Notes under the pieces: generated by a model
Databases searched by the model: none
What the model saw: only the letters and a program-made list of their open reading frames with translations
Told to the model about the DNA's origin: nothing
Assembly (NCBI RefSeq): GCF_006345805.1
Contig: NC_043012.1
Location: 28,086,001-28,150,000 of the forward strand
Length of the DNA stretch: 64,000 nucleotides
DNA from: Octopus sinensis
Taxonomy: Eukaryota
Reading direction: 5' to 3'
Translations under genes and position numbers: made by a program
Part shown: in pieces, positions 51,955 through 64,000 of the stretch
How the letters are laid out: the number at the start of each line of letters is the position of its first letter
Position numbering within the stretch: the stretch's first letter is position 1

Positions 51955-53188
51955 TACCGGGGTAGGACAAAATAATGGAAATATCTTGTTAAATAAGTAA
52001 TTCATTATTTAATGCGAAGGGAAGATAAAATTCTTCCATTGATCAATTGGCTACTTCTGACCATCTTTACATCCTTTTAATTGATTAATACTGCTGCAAT
52101 ACATAAACGAATAAACTCACACAGCCTTTAAGTATTTGCTAGGGAAATTTTGAATCCTTCATCATGCAAAACCTGTTCCAACCCCTTCAGCTTCATTGGA
52201 GAAAGGAAGAAATTCCTCACTTGTTACTCCAAAGTGCATTACAAATGTTCAATAATATATTTAGATCTGGTGATTGTGCGGGTCAGTTTAAGTGTTCCAT
52301 TTCATTCTTGTGTTTTTGAAGCAAATTTTGAGCCATTCTAGCAGTGTGGATTGGTGCATTATCACCTTGCAATTTGCTTCGCCATTTGGAAATAATGCCT
52401 GAACCATAGGAGGAACATGGTTGCCCAAAATTAGTAAATACGTCTGGGAGCTCACCTTGCCATAAAGGGCTACTTCAGGACCAAGGGAATTCCAAAACAT
52501 CACAAACCCACCTTCGTACTTAAAAGCAGGGCCCAAGCAGCCGGGATGATAGGCTTCTTTGTGTTGCCTCCAGACGTAAACACGTCCTGAATTAGGGAAA
52601 AGCGTGAAAGACGATTCATCTGAGAAGATAAAATTCTTCCATTATTCCATTGGCTACTTCTGATCATCTTTATACCATTTTAATTGCTTCTCCAGAAAGG
52701 AGAGGTTTTGCAACTTCAGCTCTCACATGATATCCAGAACTATGGAGCTTGCAAAGAACGGTTTTGATCGACACTGGGTCTGCAGTCACTTTCGTTGCAG
52801 TAGTTCTATGATGTTTGGAAAGAATACGTTTTAATACTCTTCGGTCCCTTTCTGATTGTATTGACATCCGACCAAAATTATGCCCTTCAGATTGGATTTC
52901 CCTTGTTTATGGAATGCTGTCATAATTTTAGAGACAGTACTTCTCGGAACATGGACTAATTCTGCGGTTTTAATTACAGAGGCTCCAGCTGTCTGAGCTC
53001 CATCAGTTTTCCCTCTTTGAAAATCAGTAAGGTTACACATTTTATTATATACAAATATGATTATCTGAAAAAGATAAGATGTAGGCTTATAACATTAGGT
53101 TCTACATGTCAGCAATGCCTTTACATAAGACTTAGAATATACAGTAAAATAAGCTCTATTGCAGTCATTATTTTGTCCAACCCATGTA
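51955..53188 (-). mobile_element. Tc1-like transposon, degenerate, both TIRs and TA flanks present
   Basis: LTDFQRG...GASV.KTAEL..VPRSTVSKIM; SERDRRVLKRI..K.HRTTA; TIRs ccggggtaggacaaaataatg / catgggttggacaaaataatg. Confidence 0.88.
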
Positions 53189-53454
53189 CATACATACATA
53201 CGCGCACGCGCGCACACACACATGCATTATCTCGGGCAGACTGTTTCTTGTAGTGTTCATACAAGTCCATGGTCATGAAACTGCATCAGCGTTGCTGCAA
53301 GGATATTGCAGAGAAAGAGGTGATATATATATATATATACACATATAGTTAAAAAATCATATGGTATACACCTGGCAGCTTGCCGGTAAAGCACGTTCTC
53401 CAGCTGAGTATTTGATTAATAAAAGTGACGGAAGATGGAAAATACGAGAATCTT

Positions 53455-54400
53455 TATTGATCACTACAATTGTTTCGATCCATCTAGTATTGATTCTTCA
53501 CGGAAGGAATACTGAACATCTCGTTTAGGTGTATCCTTCGTTGTAGATGTGTCTCCTCATATGATTTCAAGAAGTGTCTCGTTAAAATAAACTGTTTCGC
53601 AAGATTTCTTCTTGATATTCGTATATAATGATATAAATGGCAAATTAAGGCATACAGCTTCATATTTATAGAAGTTTCATGATAAATATAAGATACAAAA
53701 AGAAGCAAATACACAATACAGCGAAAAAAATATTAGATATAACCGTTAGTAGCTATGGATGTATAAACACCCACGCACACGCATGGTTTGGCGCACATAC
53801 ACTCGCACACAGAATAAAGTCAATATAATAAAGACAATGCCTACTGCTGGCTAGTTATATGACACCGCTTAGCGAGGAGTCACAGATTCTGTTGTGCGGT
53901 TCACTGGGTCTAGCTGGTATACTCATAGCAGTTGTACACTCATAAATATGGACATAAATACTGACATAGTAGATGTGTAATTTTTGAACGACTAATGAAA
54001 CAACCAATTGCGTGTGGAAATGCATCAATGCCATGGTTAGGATCACGAGTGTTGATAGGTGTTGGTGTTTTTTGCACTTTCATCGCACGGTAAGCGATAC
54101 TTATTGAGTGACTATAAACATCACCTTTAATTAGGCAGATGCTTTTTAGAGGACAGCTTTGAAGATCTTTGAAATAACTTTTCAGTTCATGTTCTTTCGC
54201 AGTACCGTTAATTTTGCTAAGATAATTTTGTATAATTTTGTATTATGTTGGGTTATGATAGAGGCGGAGTTCTTGTGGCAAGAATAGCTAACCTTTAGTG
54301 TTCTTCCGTTAAAAATTCTCTACATACGTAAGTTCTAACGGTAATGTTAAAAGTAGGATTGAACCACAAAACATTTCTGGTTCTAGTTCTATGAGTCCTA
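53455..54400 (-). mobile_element. PLE fragment (linker + degenerate GIY-YIG + 3' UTR with hammerhead-like end at 53461-53505); related to 32935-33740
   Basis: RTRNVLWFNPTFNITVRTYVCREFL; TLKVSYSC; SCPLKSICLIKGDVY; terminal gatcGAAACaattGTA. Confidence 0.7.
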
Positions 54401-55649
54401 CTATAGTTATTTTCATTATCAATATTCCTGAAAAGATCCCTGAGAATCCACTATCACGCAGTGCATCATTATAATAGAGAGGATTATATTTTTTATTTAT
54501 TTCACCTATTTTTTTATTCTTTCACCCTTATATATTACTTTCGTTTATTTCTCTATGGTTCCACATTGTCATTTTCTTGTTTGCATATAGCTTACATGTT
54601 TTCTGTATGTTTTGTGAGTATGTGTGTATATTTGGTGTATGAATATAGTTGCATATGAGTATGAATATATATGTGTGCATGTGTGTACGCGTGTGTGTGC
54701 GTACATGCGTGTGCATGTGCGTGTGACTGTATGTGTTGGTGTTTATATATTTTGATATATGTGTATTTCTTTTCCAGTATTGTACGAAAGTTCGTGATTG
54801 TATGCGCGTGTGTATTTGTGTGCACGTTTAGTTGTATATTAGTTGTATATTTATGTGTGTTTTACATGTATATATTTACTTTTACTTTTTCACCTTTATA
54901 CTTTTTACTGAGACCTTTTACTGTGTCCGTATGTTTGTAATTTGTTCTATGCTTTCTCTATCGTTTCGACTCCCTATTCCTATAAACTAGCCATCAACCT
55001 CCAACCTCCCCTGCCACTCCAGATACGTATTCATTACATCACATTCGTTACAGATATTTTATATGTTTATATCGTTAACTTGCCTCTCCGCCCCCCTAAT
55101 ATTCTATGTTTATTTCTCTTTTCCTTATCTCAATTACCCCGTATTCTCTCTCTCGTTTTCTCTTCCCCTTTCTTTCTTTTCTTTCTTTATTTCCTCTTCT
55201 TTACTGTCTTTAGATTTTTTTTACTTCGCTCCTTTCTCTATTGTTATTATTATCGTTCCTTCTTTCTTTTTGGCATATATTTTTCTGCTTGTTTACTTAT
55301 TGTATTCTCACGTAGAACTTTTAATCTTTAATTTCAATTTCTAATTTCTTTCTTTAAAACACCTCCTTTTGCACTTCTATAACATTCCTTTTAACCATTT
55401 GCTATTCCCATTTCTGAATATAGTCATTTTTTACTCGCTTTTACGCAAATTTTTTCAGCTTAATTATTATTGATACTTTATTTTTCTGCTAAGGCCAACC
55501 CCAACTAGCAATTTTATACCATTATATATTTAAAAAAAATCAATTATCCAATCAGTTTGAAACGCCTATTCGTTCAACTGTAAGGTCTATATCATATTAT
55601 ATCATATATTATATATACTTACATAATTTGCTGTTCAATATTATTATAA

Positions 55650-55686
55650 TTGTCTGACGAACGATTACGTGAAACTCTTGTTTGTG
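55650..55686 (+). ncRNA. Minimal hammerhead core with intact CTGACGA; helix I partner lost
   Basis: TTGT-CTGACGA-ACG-ATTA-CGT-GAAAC-TCTT-GTT. Confidence 0.45.
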
Positions 55687-55719
55687 ACGATTTTTTTCGG
55701 CTTTAATTAATAGTATGAG

Positions 55720-55945
55720 TGTGTGTGTGTCTTCGTGCCTGTGTTTGTCCCTCACCACTACTTGACAACCGCTGTTAGTATGTTTACGCCCCCCCGGTGA
55801 CATAGTAGTTCAGCAAAAATAGACCGATTGAGTAAGTACCAGGCTCAAAAAATAATAAGTACTGGGGTCGATTCATTCGGCAAACCTTCTTCAAGGAAGT
55901 GACCCCGCAAGGCCGCAGTCTAATGACGTAAAGAAGTAAAGGATA
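55720..55945 (+). mobile_element. SINE family 2 3' body; further SINE remnants at 56810-57075
   Basis: cttgacaaccg...gaccgattgagtaagtac...actggggtcgatt...ggccgcagtctaatgac. Confidence 0.7.
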
Positions 55946-56521
55946 AAAGATATATAATTTAAATGTTAAAGAAACTTCCGAATCTCCGGGCAAAATGCGT
56001 TTATGATAGCAAGATGTAAATAAATAAGTATAGTAATAATAATAGGGATATTGATAATGAAAATAACTATTTGCACAAAAACCAATAATATATGGTGATA
56101 TGGAGAGGCAGCAGCAGAAAGATCAGGAGCATAAATATATGCAATGTCCCTCGTTACAAATGTTGATATAGCTCGCAAATTTCCAAAAGCAAAATGTAGT
56201 AGAAGTGATGTCGGAATAAGTTCGTAGAAAAAATTAGCGACATAGATCAATACAAGTGAAAAGAATCACATTTAGAGGTGAAAATAAGAAAATAAGAGGA
56301 TAATAGAAGTCTATCGTCACACGATGTCATCGCCGACTTGAGTGTAAAAAGAAACCTGTTTGTAGCTGCTTATTTACACTGTTGCACAGTGATATGGAAA
56401 CAGCTGAAATAAGAACTTAAATCTTTCATTTGCTGAACTACAAATATTGGGGATATTTTCAAATGACCCAAATCAACATGAAAATAGAATACACACACAC
56501 GGACACACGGACACACACACA

Positions 56522-56599
<78 letters not shown>

Positions 56600-57399
56600 T
56601 ACTTATTGAAATAAGCTACCATAAAAATTATATGATTAAGAATTTTGTAAGTATAACGAGAAAATAAATTTTCAAACGCTAGAAGCTTCAAAACGAAAAA
56701 TAATAAGATTTATAGCCATGTTATATAAAATTAAATTTAAGTAAAGCTAAAAACAATACAAAAAATCAGGCGACAAATTATATAAGTAGACATGTACCGG
56801 TTTCACATTTTAGCACAAGGCCAGCAATTTCAGGGAAGAGTAAATTGATTACATCGATCGAAGTACTCAACTGGTGCCTACTTTATTAATAGCGACAATA
56901 TATACAGACCTAGGTACAGCTGTGTGCTTAAGAAATTCGCTTCACAAATACGTTGTATGGTGTTGATTTCAGCACCATTACGTGGCAACTTGGGCAAGTG
57001 CCTTCTACAAAAGCCCTGGGCCGTTTACTCCATGCGAGTGACTGAGCGAATTTGGCAGACCGAAACTGTTGAAGTCCGCGACCACCTCACCCCACAAAAG
57101 ATGTTCAAATGATGTTTTTGTCAGGAGTCAGTAGAAGAGAATCATGTGTATTGCTGTTATTTATTTTGAAGCATAGAAACTAGTTGAGTTCGGAAGCAGT
57201 GGGAATTGGAAAAAAGAAAAAAAAAAGGAAAAAAAAAGGAAAGAAATATATACAATTTGCTATGTAAACATTTTTCGTAAGTATGTCAAAATTCCGAAAT
57301 TGATATAAAAAACAGAATTTAAAATTAGCTTAGAGAAGTGATTTTTTTTTCTGTATTTTATAAATAGATATTTCACTGTTATATTCTTTTCTACTCTAG

Positions 57400-58150
57400 G
57401 CATTAGGCTCGAAATTTGGTGGGAGGGAGCTAGTCGATTAGATCGAGCCCAGTACGCAACTGGTACTTAATTTATCTACTCCGAAAAGATGAAAGGCAAA
57501 GTCGACCTCGGCGGAATTTGAACTCAGAACGTAAAGACAGACGGAATACCTATTTCTTTACTACCCACAAGGGGCTAAACACAGAGAGGACAAACAAGGA
57601 CAGGCACACGGATTAAGTCGATTATATCAACCCCAGTGCGTAACTGGTACTTATTTAATCGACTCCGAAAGGATGAATAGCAAAGTCGACCTCGGCGGAA
57701 TTTGAACTCAGAAGGTAGCGACAGACGAAACACCTAGTTCTTTACTACCCACAAGGGGCTAAACATTGAGCGGGCGAACAAGGACAGCCAAACGGATTAA
57801 GTCGATTACATCGACTCCAGTACGTAACTGGTACTTAATTTATCGACCCAGAAAGGATAAAAGGCAAAGTTGACCTCGACGGAATTTGAACTCAGAACGT
57901 AAAGACAGACGGAATACCTATTTCTTTACTACCCACAAGGGGCTAAACACAGAGAGGACAAACAAGGACAGGCACACGGATTAAGTCGATTACATCGACT
58001 CCAGTACGTAACTGGTACTTAATTTATCGACCCAGAAAGGATAAAAGGCAAAGTTGACCTCGACGGAATTTGAACTCAGAACGCATCGGCAGACGGAATA
58101 CCGCTAAGCATTTCGCCCGGCGTGCTAACATTTCTGCCAGCTCGCCGCCT
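57400..58150 (-). mobile_element. SINE family 1 with four tandem ~180-bp internal units
   Basis: One head (58090-58150), four copies of ggaatttgaactcagaa (57515, 57700, 57882, 58064) and one tail (57400-57430). Confidence 0.9.
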
Positions 58151-58639
58151 TGAGAGCCTTCGGAATGAACTGAGGAACGCTATTGTTGTACACGAAGTAT
58201 TTGGCACGAATATAGTCATGTCTTTCATATAACACAGACACATACGCACACTCATACACATATACATACATACCCGCCTACAGAAAATTCGCGCGCACGC
58301 ACGCACACACACGCACACACACGCAAGCACACACACACACACACATGTATGTATGTATGTATGTATGTATGTATGTATGTATGTATGTATGTATGTATGT
58401 ATGTATATGCATATGTATTTGATATATTTTCTTTCCGGACAGATTGTGCTTTTGACACATGTTTCTCATTATGTCTTTTGTCTCTTTATGCCTTCGTCAG
58501 CGGGCCGCAAAGAAATCGTATGCCTGTGTTGTTTATATACACCATATCACATTTATGTACGAAAGCTGCGAAATATGAAAAACAAATACGATTTGTTATG
58601 CAAATAACAGTGAGCGAGTGAGAAGCTCAAATTACCATA

Positions 58640-59700
58640 ATTTACAATGGGAGTGGGATAGATATTTCAAATTTTGGCACAGGGCCAGCAATCTCGGGGG
58701 TGGGGATATAGTTGATTACATCGACTCCGGTGCTCAACTGTTACGTATTTTATTAACTCAGAACGCAAGGATGGAAGAAACGCCGTTGAGCATTTTGTTC
58801 GGCATGATAACGATTATGCTAGCGCGTCGCCTTGAAAGTGGGATTAATATTACGTTTCGAAGAAGTAAGGCAGAAGCGTCAGCGTTAGCAGGCCGGGCAA
58901 ACAGCTCACCGGCATTTCGCCCGTCTTTACACTCTAAGTTCAAATTTCATTGAGGTCAACTTCGCCTTTCATCCTTTCGGGGTCGATAAATTAAGTACCA
59001 GTCAAGTACTGGGGTCGATGTAATTGACTACCCCCCCCCCCTCAAATTCCAGGTCTTGTACCTATAGTAGAAAGGATTATTTTAAGGCAGCGAGCAGGCA
59101 GAATCGTTAGCACGCCAGGCGAAATGCTTAGCAGCATTTCGTCTGACGCTACGTTCTGAGTTCAAATTCCACCGAGGTCGACTTTGCCTTTCATCCTTTC
59201 GGGGTCGATTAAATAAGCACTAGTTACGCACTGGGATCGATATAATCGACTTAATCCGTTTGTCTGTCTTGTTTGTCCTCTCTGTGTTTAGCCCCTTGTG
59301 GGTAGTAAAGAAATAGGTATTTCGTCTACCGTTATGTTCAGAGTTCAAGTTCCGCCGAGGTCGACTTTGCCTTTCATCCTTTCGAAGTCGATAAATTAAG
59401 TACCAGTTGCGTACTGGGGTCGATCTAATCGACTGGCCCTGTCCTCCAAAATTTCGGGCCTTGTGTCTAGAGTAGAAAAGAATATTACGTTACGAAGAAG
59501 TAAAGCAGAAGCGTTAGCGTTAGCAAGGCGGGAAAATAGCATTTCGTTCGTCTTTACGTTCTGAGTTCAAATTACGTCGAGGTCGACTTTGCATTTCATC
59601 TTTACGGGTTCGATGAAATGAGTACCATTTGAGCATATGTACCGATGTAATCGACTTACCTCCTCCTCCGAAATCGCTGGCCTTGTGTCTAAATTTGAAA
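58640..59700 (+). mobile_element. Cluster of SINE family 1 copies (mostly +; the copy at 59085-59480 has two units)
   Basis: Repeated heads and B boxes gagttcaaattcc at ~59158, 59341 and 59563; the remnant at 58660-58770 is in the opposite orientation. Confidence 0.8.
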
Positions 59701-59879
59701 CCAATATTACCATACGAAACTGAGTTATTGTAGTATATATAGATAAATAAAATATTCCTAGTTAAACCGAAAATAATTTTTGGTGCAAAGTGATTAGCAA
59801 TAATCAGTTTACAAAGAGACACATGGAAACGTAACCAAACTATATATTGAATTAAGTGCATTATCCCTTTCTCTTAGGA

Positions 59880-60870
59880 ATCTGGGTGCTGGGGCTTTTT
59901 CCTTAACTCATTGCAAATCCGTCCATTTGGCAATTTTTGTATGAATTTCGACGTGCCTCGACTTGTATCGGCCTTCTTCCGGTGCCTTAGGAAATCAATC
60001 AAATATATATAGGGTGCAAAGAGTTGCATTACTTGCAGGATAGGCCTTCCTTACATTTTAAGCTTATTTGGGGTTGACAAGAGGTCATCAATGGTGGAAG
60101 GAACATTTTTCCAGGACAGTAGTCGTTCGAGTGGCTGTATTCCATTTTATCCATCGTCACTAGCAGGCAAATCCTATCACTTTTACACAGCAATCTTTCG
60201 GTTTAATCGCGGCTTTTTTGCATTATGAGCTCTCTCTTGCCTCTGGGATTGGTATTTTTCCACCCCTCAGTGATTTAGATATCAAATTCCGGCCGTCCTT
60301 GACAACTGCGGGTGCTTCCAATATATTTCCGCTTCCTTCACAGCTTCTTGGGGCTTCCACTTCTTGCCGCTCATTTTGGTCTTGTTGAGGTGTCTAACTT
60401 TCTCATCCTCAGATAATAGCAATGTACTGATTGTGCTTACGTTGGTGACTTTAAATTCCTCCATCAGTTATAGAATTGGTAGGTGGGACTTAGAGGACTC
60501 GCCAAACAGGTTCACTGAAACTTTGAAGAATATCCACCAACCTTTGCAGGAATTCACTGCACAATCTCTTCATTGCATGTACTTAAGCTCTTGCAATTTC
60601 ATAAATCAAAAATGGCCACTACAATACATGAACGATGTTATATTGGAAGCACCGTACTTTGAATCTACCAAGTAGCTGGTATTTGTTTAACTACCCTCAG
60701 CCAGTTGGGTCTCGGTAATTGCTGCTATCCTAAAAGAGTACAGTTTTAATTCTTCCTAAGGCATCGGATTCCTTTTTCTGGGATTGTTGGTATGTCAAAC
60801 CCCTAAATGCTGAAGATGCTATTTGTCAGCCTTCCTTTCAGGATACTCAAGCCCTGAGATTTTACTAGAT
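59880..60870 (-). mobile_element. HERO-like (restriction-like-endonuclease class) non-LTR retrotransposon fragment
   Basis: MEEFKVTNVSTISTLLLSEDEKVR...SGKKWKPQEAVKEAE...; downstream KAPEEGRYKSRH (GRY.WRH-like); clade assignment from memory. Confidence 0.6.
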
Positions 60871-61059
60871 TGAATTCTGTATTCGAGCATGTGGCCATCG
60901 TTTCCAGCGAGCTCAGAGATAGCCGTTATATCATTCATGAAAGACCTGGAAACGGTTACCTTGTTTGCCCCCTTAATGATGTGGCTGATTGCCGATGTAT
61001 ACTCAAGGCATCGAGAGAGTCCGCTCCCCCCCTCCTCTCTCTATATACACACATATATA

Positions 61060-62870
61060 TATAGCAATGCGTTTCTGAAAATCTGGTCGTAACATGAAAT
61101 TCCGTATTGCGAAATTAATTTTCCCATTGATTTTCATATTATCAGATGAGATTTCTTTCCTAAAGATATTTAAAAAAAAAAAAGAACAAAGTTCAAGAAT
61201 ACAAAAGCTGTTGTTTTTGACGCATAATCTCTTCGGACTGCTCTGCAGAGGAACTGAGCTCATGGTAAACTACTCTTGTAATGTTTATGTTACGTTTATG
61301 ATTAGGATCATTATCAGCAAAAACCTGTCGACTTCTATAATTACCAACATTTTAATAATCCTTTTTGCAATCAATTTTAAGTGTTGTGGATGGTACTTCA
61401 GTTGTTTCATCTGTATTCTCAGCTTGCTCTTTTTCTAAAAGCGTCAGCTCCTCGTTAAATAATCATTCTCACTGAGACACTAGCAACTCAATCACACCAT
61501 CCTCTATGGCTTCTTCAAATCCTTTGCAAGTGTCACAATGTCATTCAGAATTTGATGTAGACTTTATGCTTGAAGAAAGCTTGTTACGTCACGGATACAG
61601 CCTGGCCATATACTTTTCAAAGCACTATTCAAAGTCGAAGGCTTCACTTCATCCCATGATTGAGCTATATCATCTACAGCATCTATTATGTTGAACGTTT
61701 TCCAGAAATCTCTAACTGTAGTTTTATCCTCCTTGTCAATTGCCTTCGAAAGTTGTTTGAAATTTCTCATATAATATGGGTTGAAGTTAGTTACCACACC
61801 TTAATCCGTTGGCTAGAGAAAAGAAGTATTGTTGGGAATACAATCTGCTCTCACATTATCAGAAAAGTCATGTAAGTTCGCTGAATGATTCGTAACATTG
61901 TCTAAAAAAAAGTAGTGATGGAAATATTGTCTGGCGCTGTACCTTTCCAAAAAAAAAAAAGAAAAACACTCTTTGAAAAGGCTGTTAGTCACCCACGCTT
62001 TCTTAATATGGACGCCAAACTTTGTGTAACTCTTGAAAGCCCTTAGATATTCGGAGTCATACATGTGTAGGGGCTTTAATTTCAAATCACCAGCAACAGT
62101 TCCTCCTCAAAGAAGTGTCAGACGAATTTTGGAAGCTTTAAAACGTGGTCTAAATTTTTTCACGAGAAATAAGGTCTACCAGGTACCTCCAGAAAAATGC
62201 AGTCTCATCAACATTTTATACTTGCTCTGGTATGTAACTTCATTCAACATTCATTTTCTTTGACTGCTCGAGATAATTTGTACCAGCTTCTTTGTCAGTA
62301 CTCACAGTTTCACCTGTCACTTTTATGTTATGCAAACTCATGCTCTTCTGAAACCTATCGAACCAGCCTTTGCTTGCCAAAAAGTGTTTTCCAGTAGCAG
62401 TTTCACCTTCCTATTTCTAAATCATCATACAAGCTTATGTCTCTTTTCGAATTACCATCTTGTTGATCGGTATGTTTCAGCGATTCGGATTTTCGATCCA
62501 TACACACAACAGTCGTTCTATTTTAAGCATTATATTAGATTCTATTGTAAAATATGATCCGGACAGTTAACGGAGTAGATACTTGAGCACTTGACATAAT
62601 TTTCTCTCTGCTGTCATTTATTGTTCCCACTGTAGACGTTGCAAGATTCAATGTTTTGGCAAACTTAGTTGTACTTCTGCGTCAAGTCCTTTCAAAACAT
62701 CAAACTTAATCTCCAATGTAATCCCCTTTACGAATCGTTTTTACACCACCACCTTCATGTACACTTGATAACTTCCTTCCAGACATCTTAAACTGAAAAC
62801 AAATCCAAGGGCAGCGATTAATTATCCACAATAAATAAGTAGCAAAAAAATGGCCCAGGAAAGATCTGAT
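61060..62870 (-). mobile_element. Second pogo/Tigger relic
   Basis: RKGITLEIKFDVL (HTH psq-like); KAWVTNSLFKECF; VRDFWKTFNIIDAVDDIAQSWDEVKPSTLN. Confidence 0.8.
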
Positions 62871-63058
62871 TTGTGAGAGCGTAAAATTGTCTTCTACCTA
62901 TTGATAAAACAACGAAAATGAGATGAAAAGGTGAAGGACCGAAGAAGAGAAAGTACTGTATGATTACATTCAGCTGAAGGGTCTCCAGATTTTATAGGCA
63001 ATTCAATCTTTACACTCCTGACTTAAGACATAAACGCACACGCACACACACACACACA

Positions 63059-63105
<47 letters not shown>

Positions 63106-63699
63106 CCTGCATATTGGCATACATTCTGATATCTATTGTAGCTAAGTGCATTAAAAAATCCGTGAGTTGATAGTGGTGACAATGTGAGTTGCATTGGTTT
63201 TAGATGTCAGCAATGATAGGCGGGTATTGTTGGTGTTGTGGTGGTTATACTATCCTTGATAGTGAGGTGAATTTTAGGTGTAGTTAATGTTAACACCTAA
63301 AATAATTCACGGTAAGATGATAAATTATAATGATTTAGAATAATGAGCAAAGCTTACTAACCCACTATGTGTTCTTTAAACCTTTATATTTGTCAACACT
63401 GCTTGGAAATACGCATTTTCCATCTTGCTCTTGAGAAGAGACGCCTATCTTGCTTCAACAATTTCACCGGGACTTGTTACAGGCAACGCACTTATGTCAT
63501 CATGTACATACTATTCATGAATATGGATATTACGTAAGTTATGGCTTTCCTGAAACAGCTGTTGAGATTAAAATTTGCATAATTTTTCAGTTCGGTTTTG
63601 CTTTCTTTATTCTTTATTCTGTTTTGTTTTCTTTTTTTTTTATTATTTATTTATAAATCATGTACTCCATGTAAATATATGCCTCAAGCCTATTTTTGT

Positions 63700-63830
63700 T
63701 TATTTATCTTACTACCACCATAACATCGCGATGAGAATTGTTCTTAAAGCTGATTTTTGATGCAGAGGTACTGGACCCATATGAAGAGGTTGGAGTTTAA
63801 GTTTCCATCCATTTGTGTAATCTATAATAG
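63700..63830 (-). mobile_element. Possible Dong/R4 C-terminal remnant
   Basis: ...PLHQKSALRTI resembles the LQKSALLGT motif. Confidence 0.35.
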
Positions 63831-63851
63831 GCTTCTTTGCTTTCACTATTC

Positions 63852-64000
<149 letters not shown>

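Noticed and set aside
57430-58090. Regularly spaced repeats resembling a CRISPR array
   Set aside because: The whole ~180-bp unit repeats, there are no unique spacers, it is a SINE body in eukaryotic DNA and no cas genes are present
63268-63311. Imperfect AT-rich hairpin
   Set aside because: Bulged and low-complexity; expected by chance in such AT-rich DNA
63430-63540. Possible exon ending at a GTAAGT donor
   Set aside because: The donor-like motif is present, but none of the frames resembles a known protein and no partner exons were found; RNA-seq would be needed

Overview
AT-rich eukaryotic DNA packed with microsatellites and transposable-element relics. I could not support any host protein-coding gene, rRNA, tRNA or CRISPR array. 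The two abundant tRNA-derived SINE families and the (TA)n/(CA)n/(AAT)n density resemble octopus (coleoid cephalopod) DNA; this is recalled family resemblance, not a database match. Non-LTR relics present: Dong/R4, RTE, CR1-like, L1/Tx1-like ORF1 and HERO-like. DNA transposon relics present: pogo/Tigger, mariner, Tc1, hAT and several Helitrons. At least seven Penelope-like (PLE, GIY-YIG) fragments are also present. The most notable structure is two independent PLEs (about 24.4-28.2 kb and 43.0-47.2 kb), each with an inverted copy of its own 3' end placed head-to-head at its 5' side. A window-wide set of minimal type-I hammerhead-ribozyme-like motifs sits in PLE 3' regions and in short non-coding, microsatellite-embedded elements. 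Hammerheads in PLEs are an established phenomenon; the specific families, the long helix-II variants and the possible non-autonomous (retrozyme-like) elements are what merit checking. All alignments and folds were done by eye and most element boundaries are approximate.
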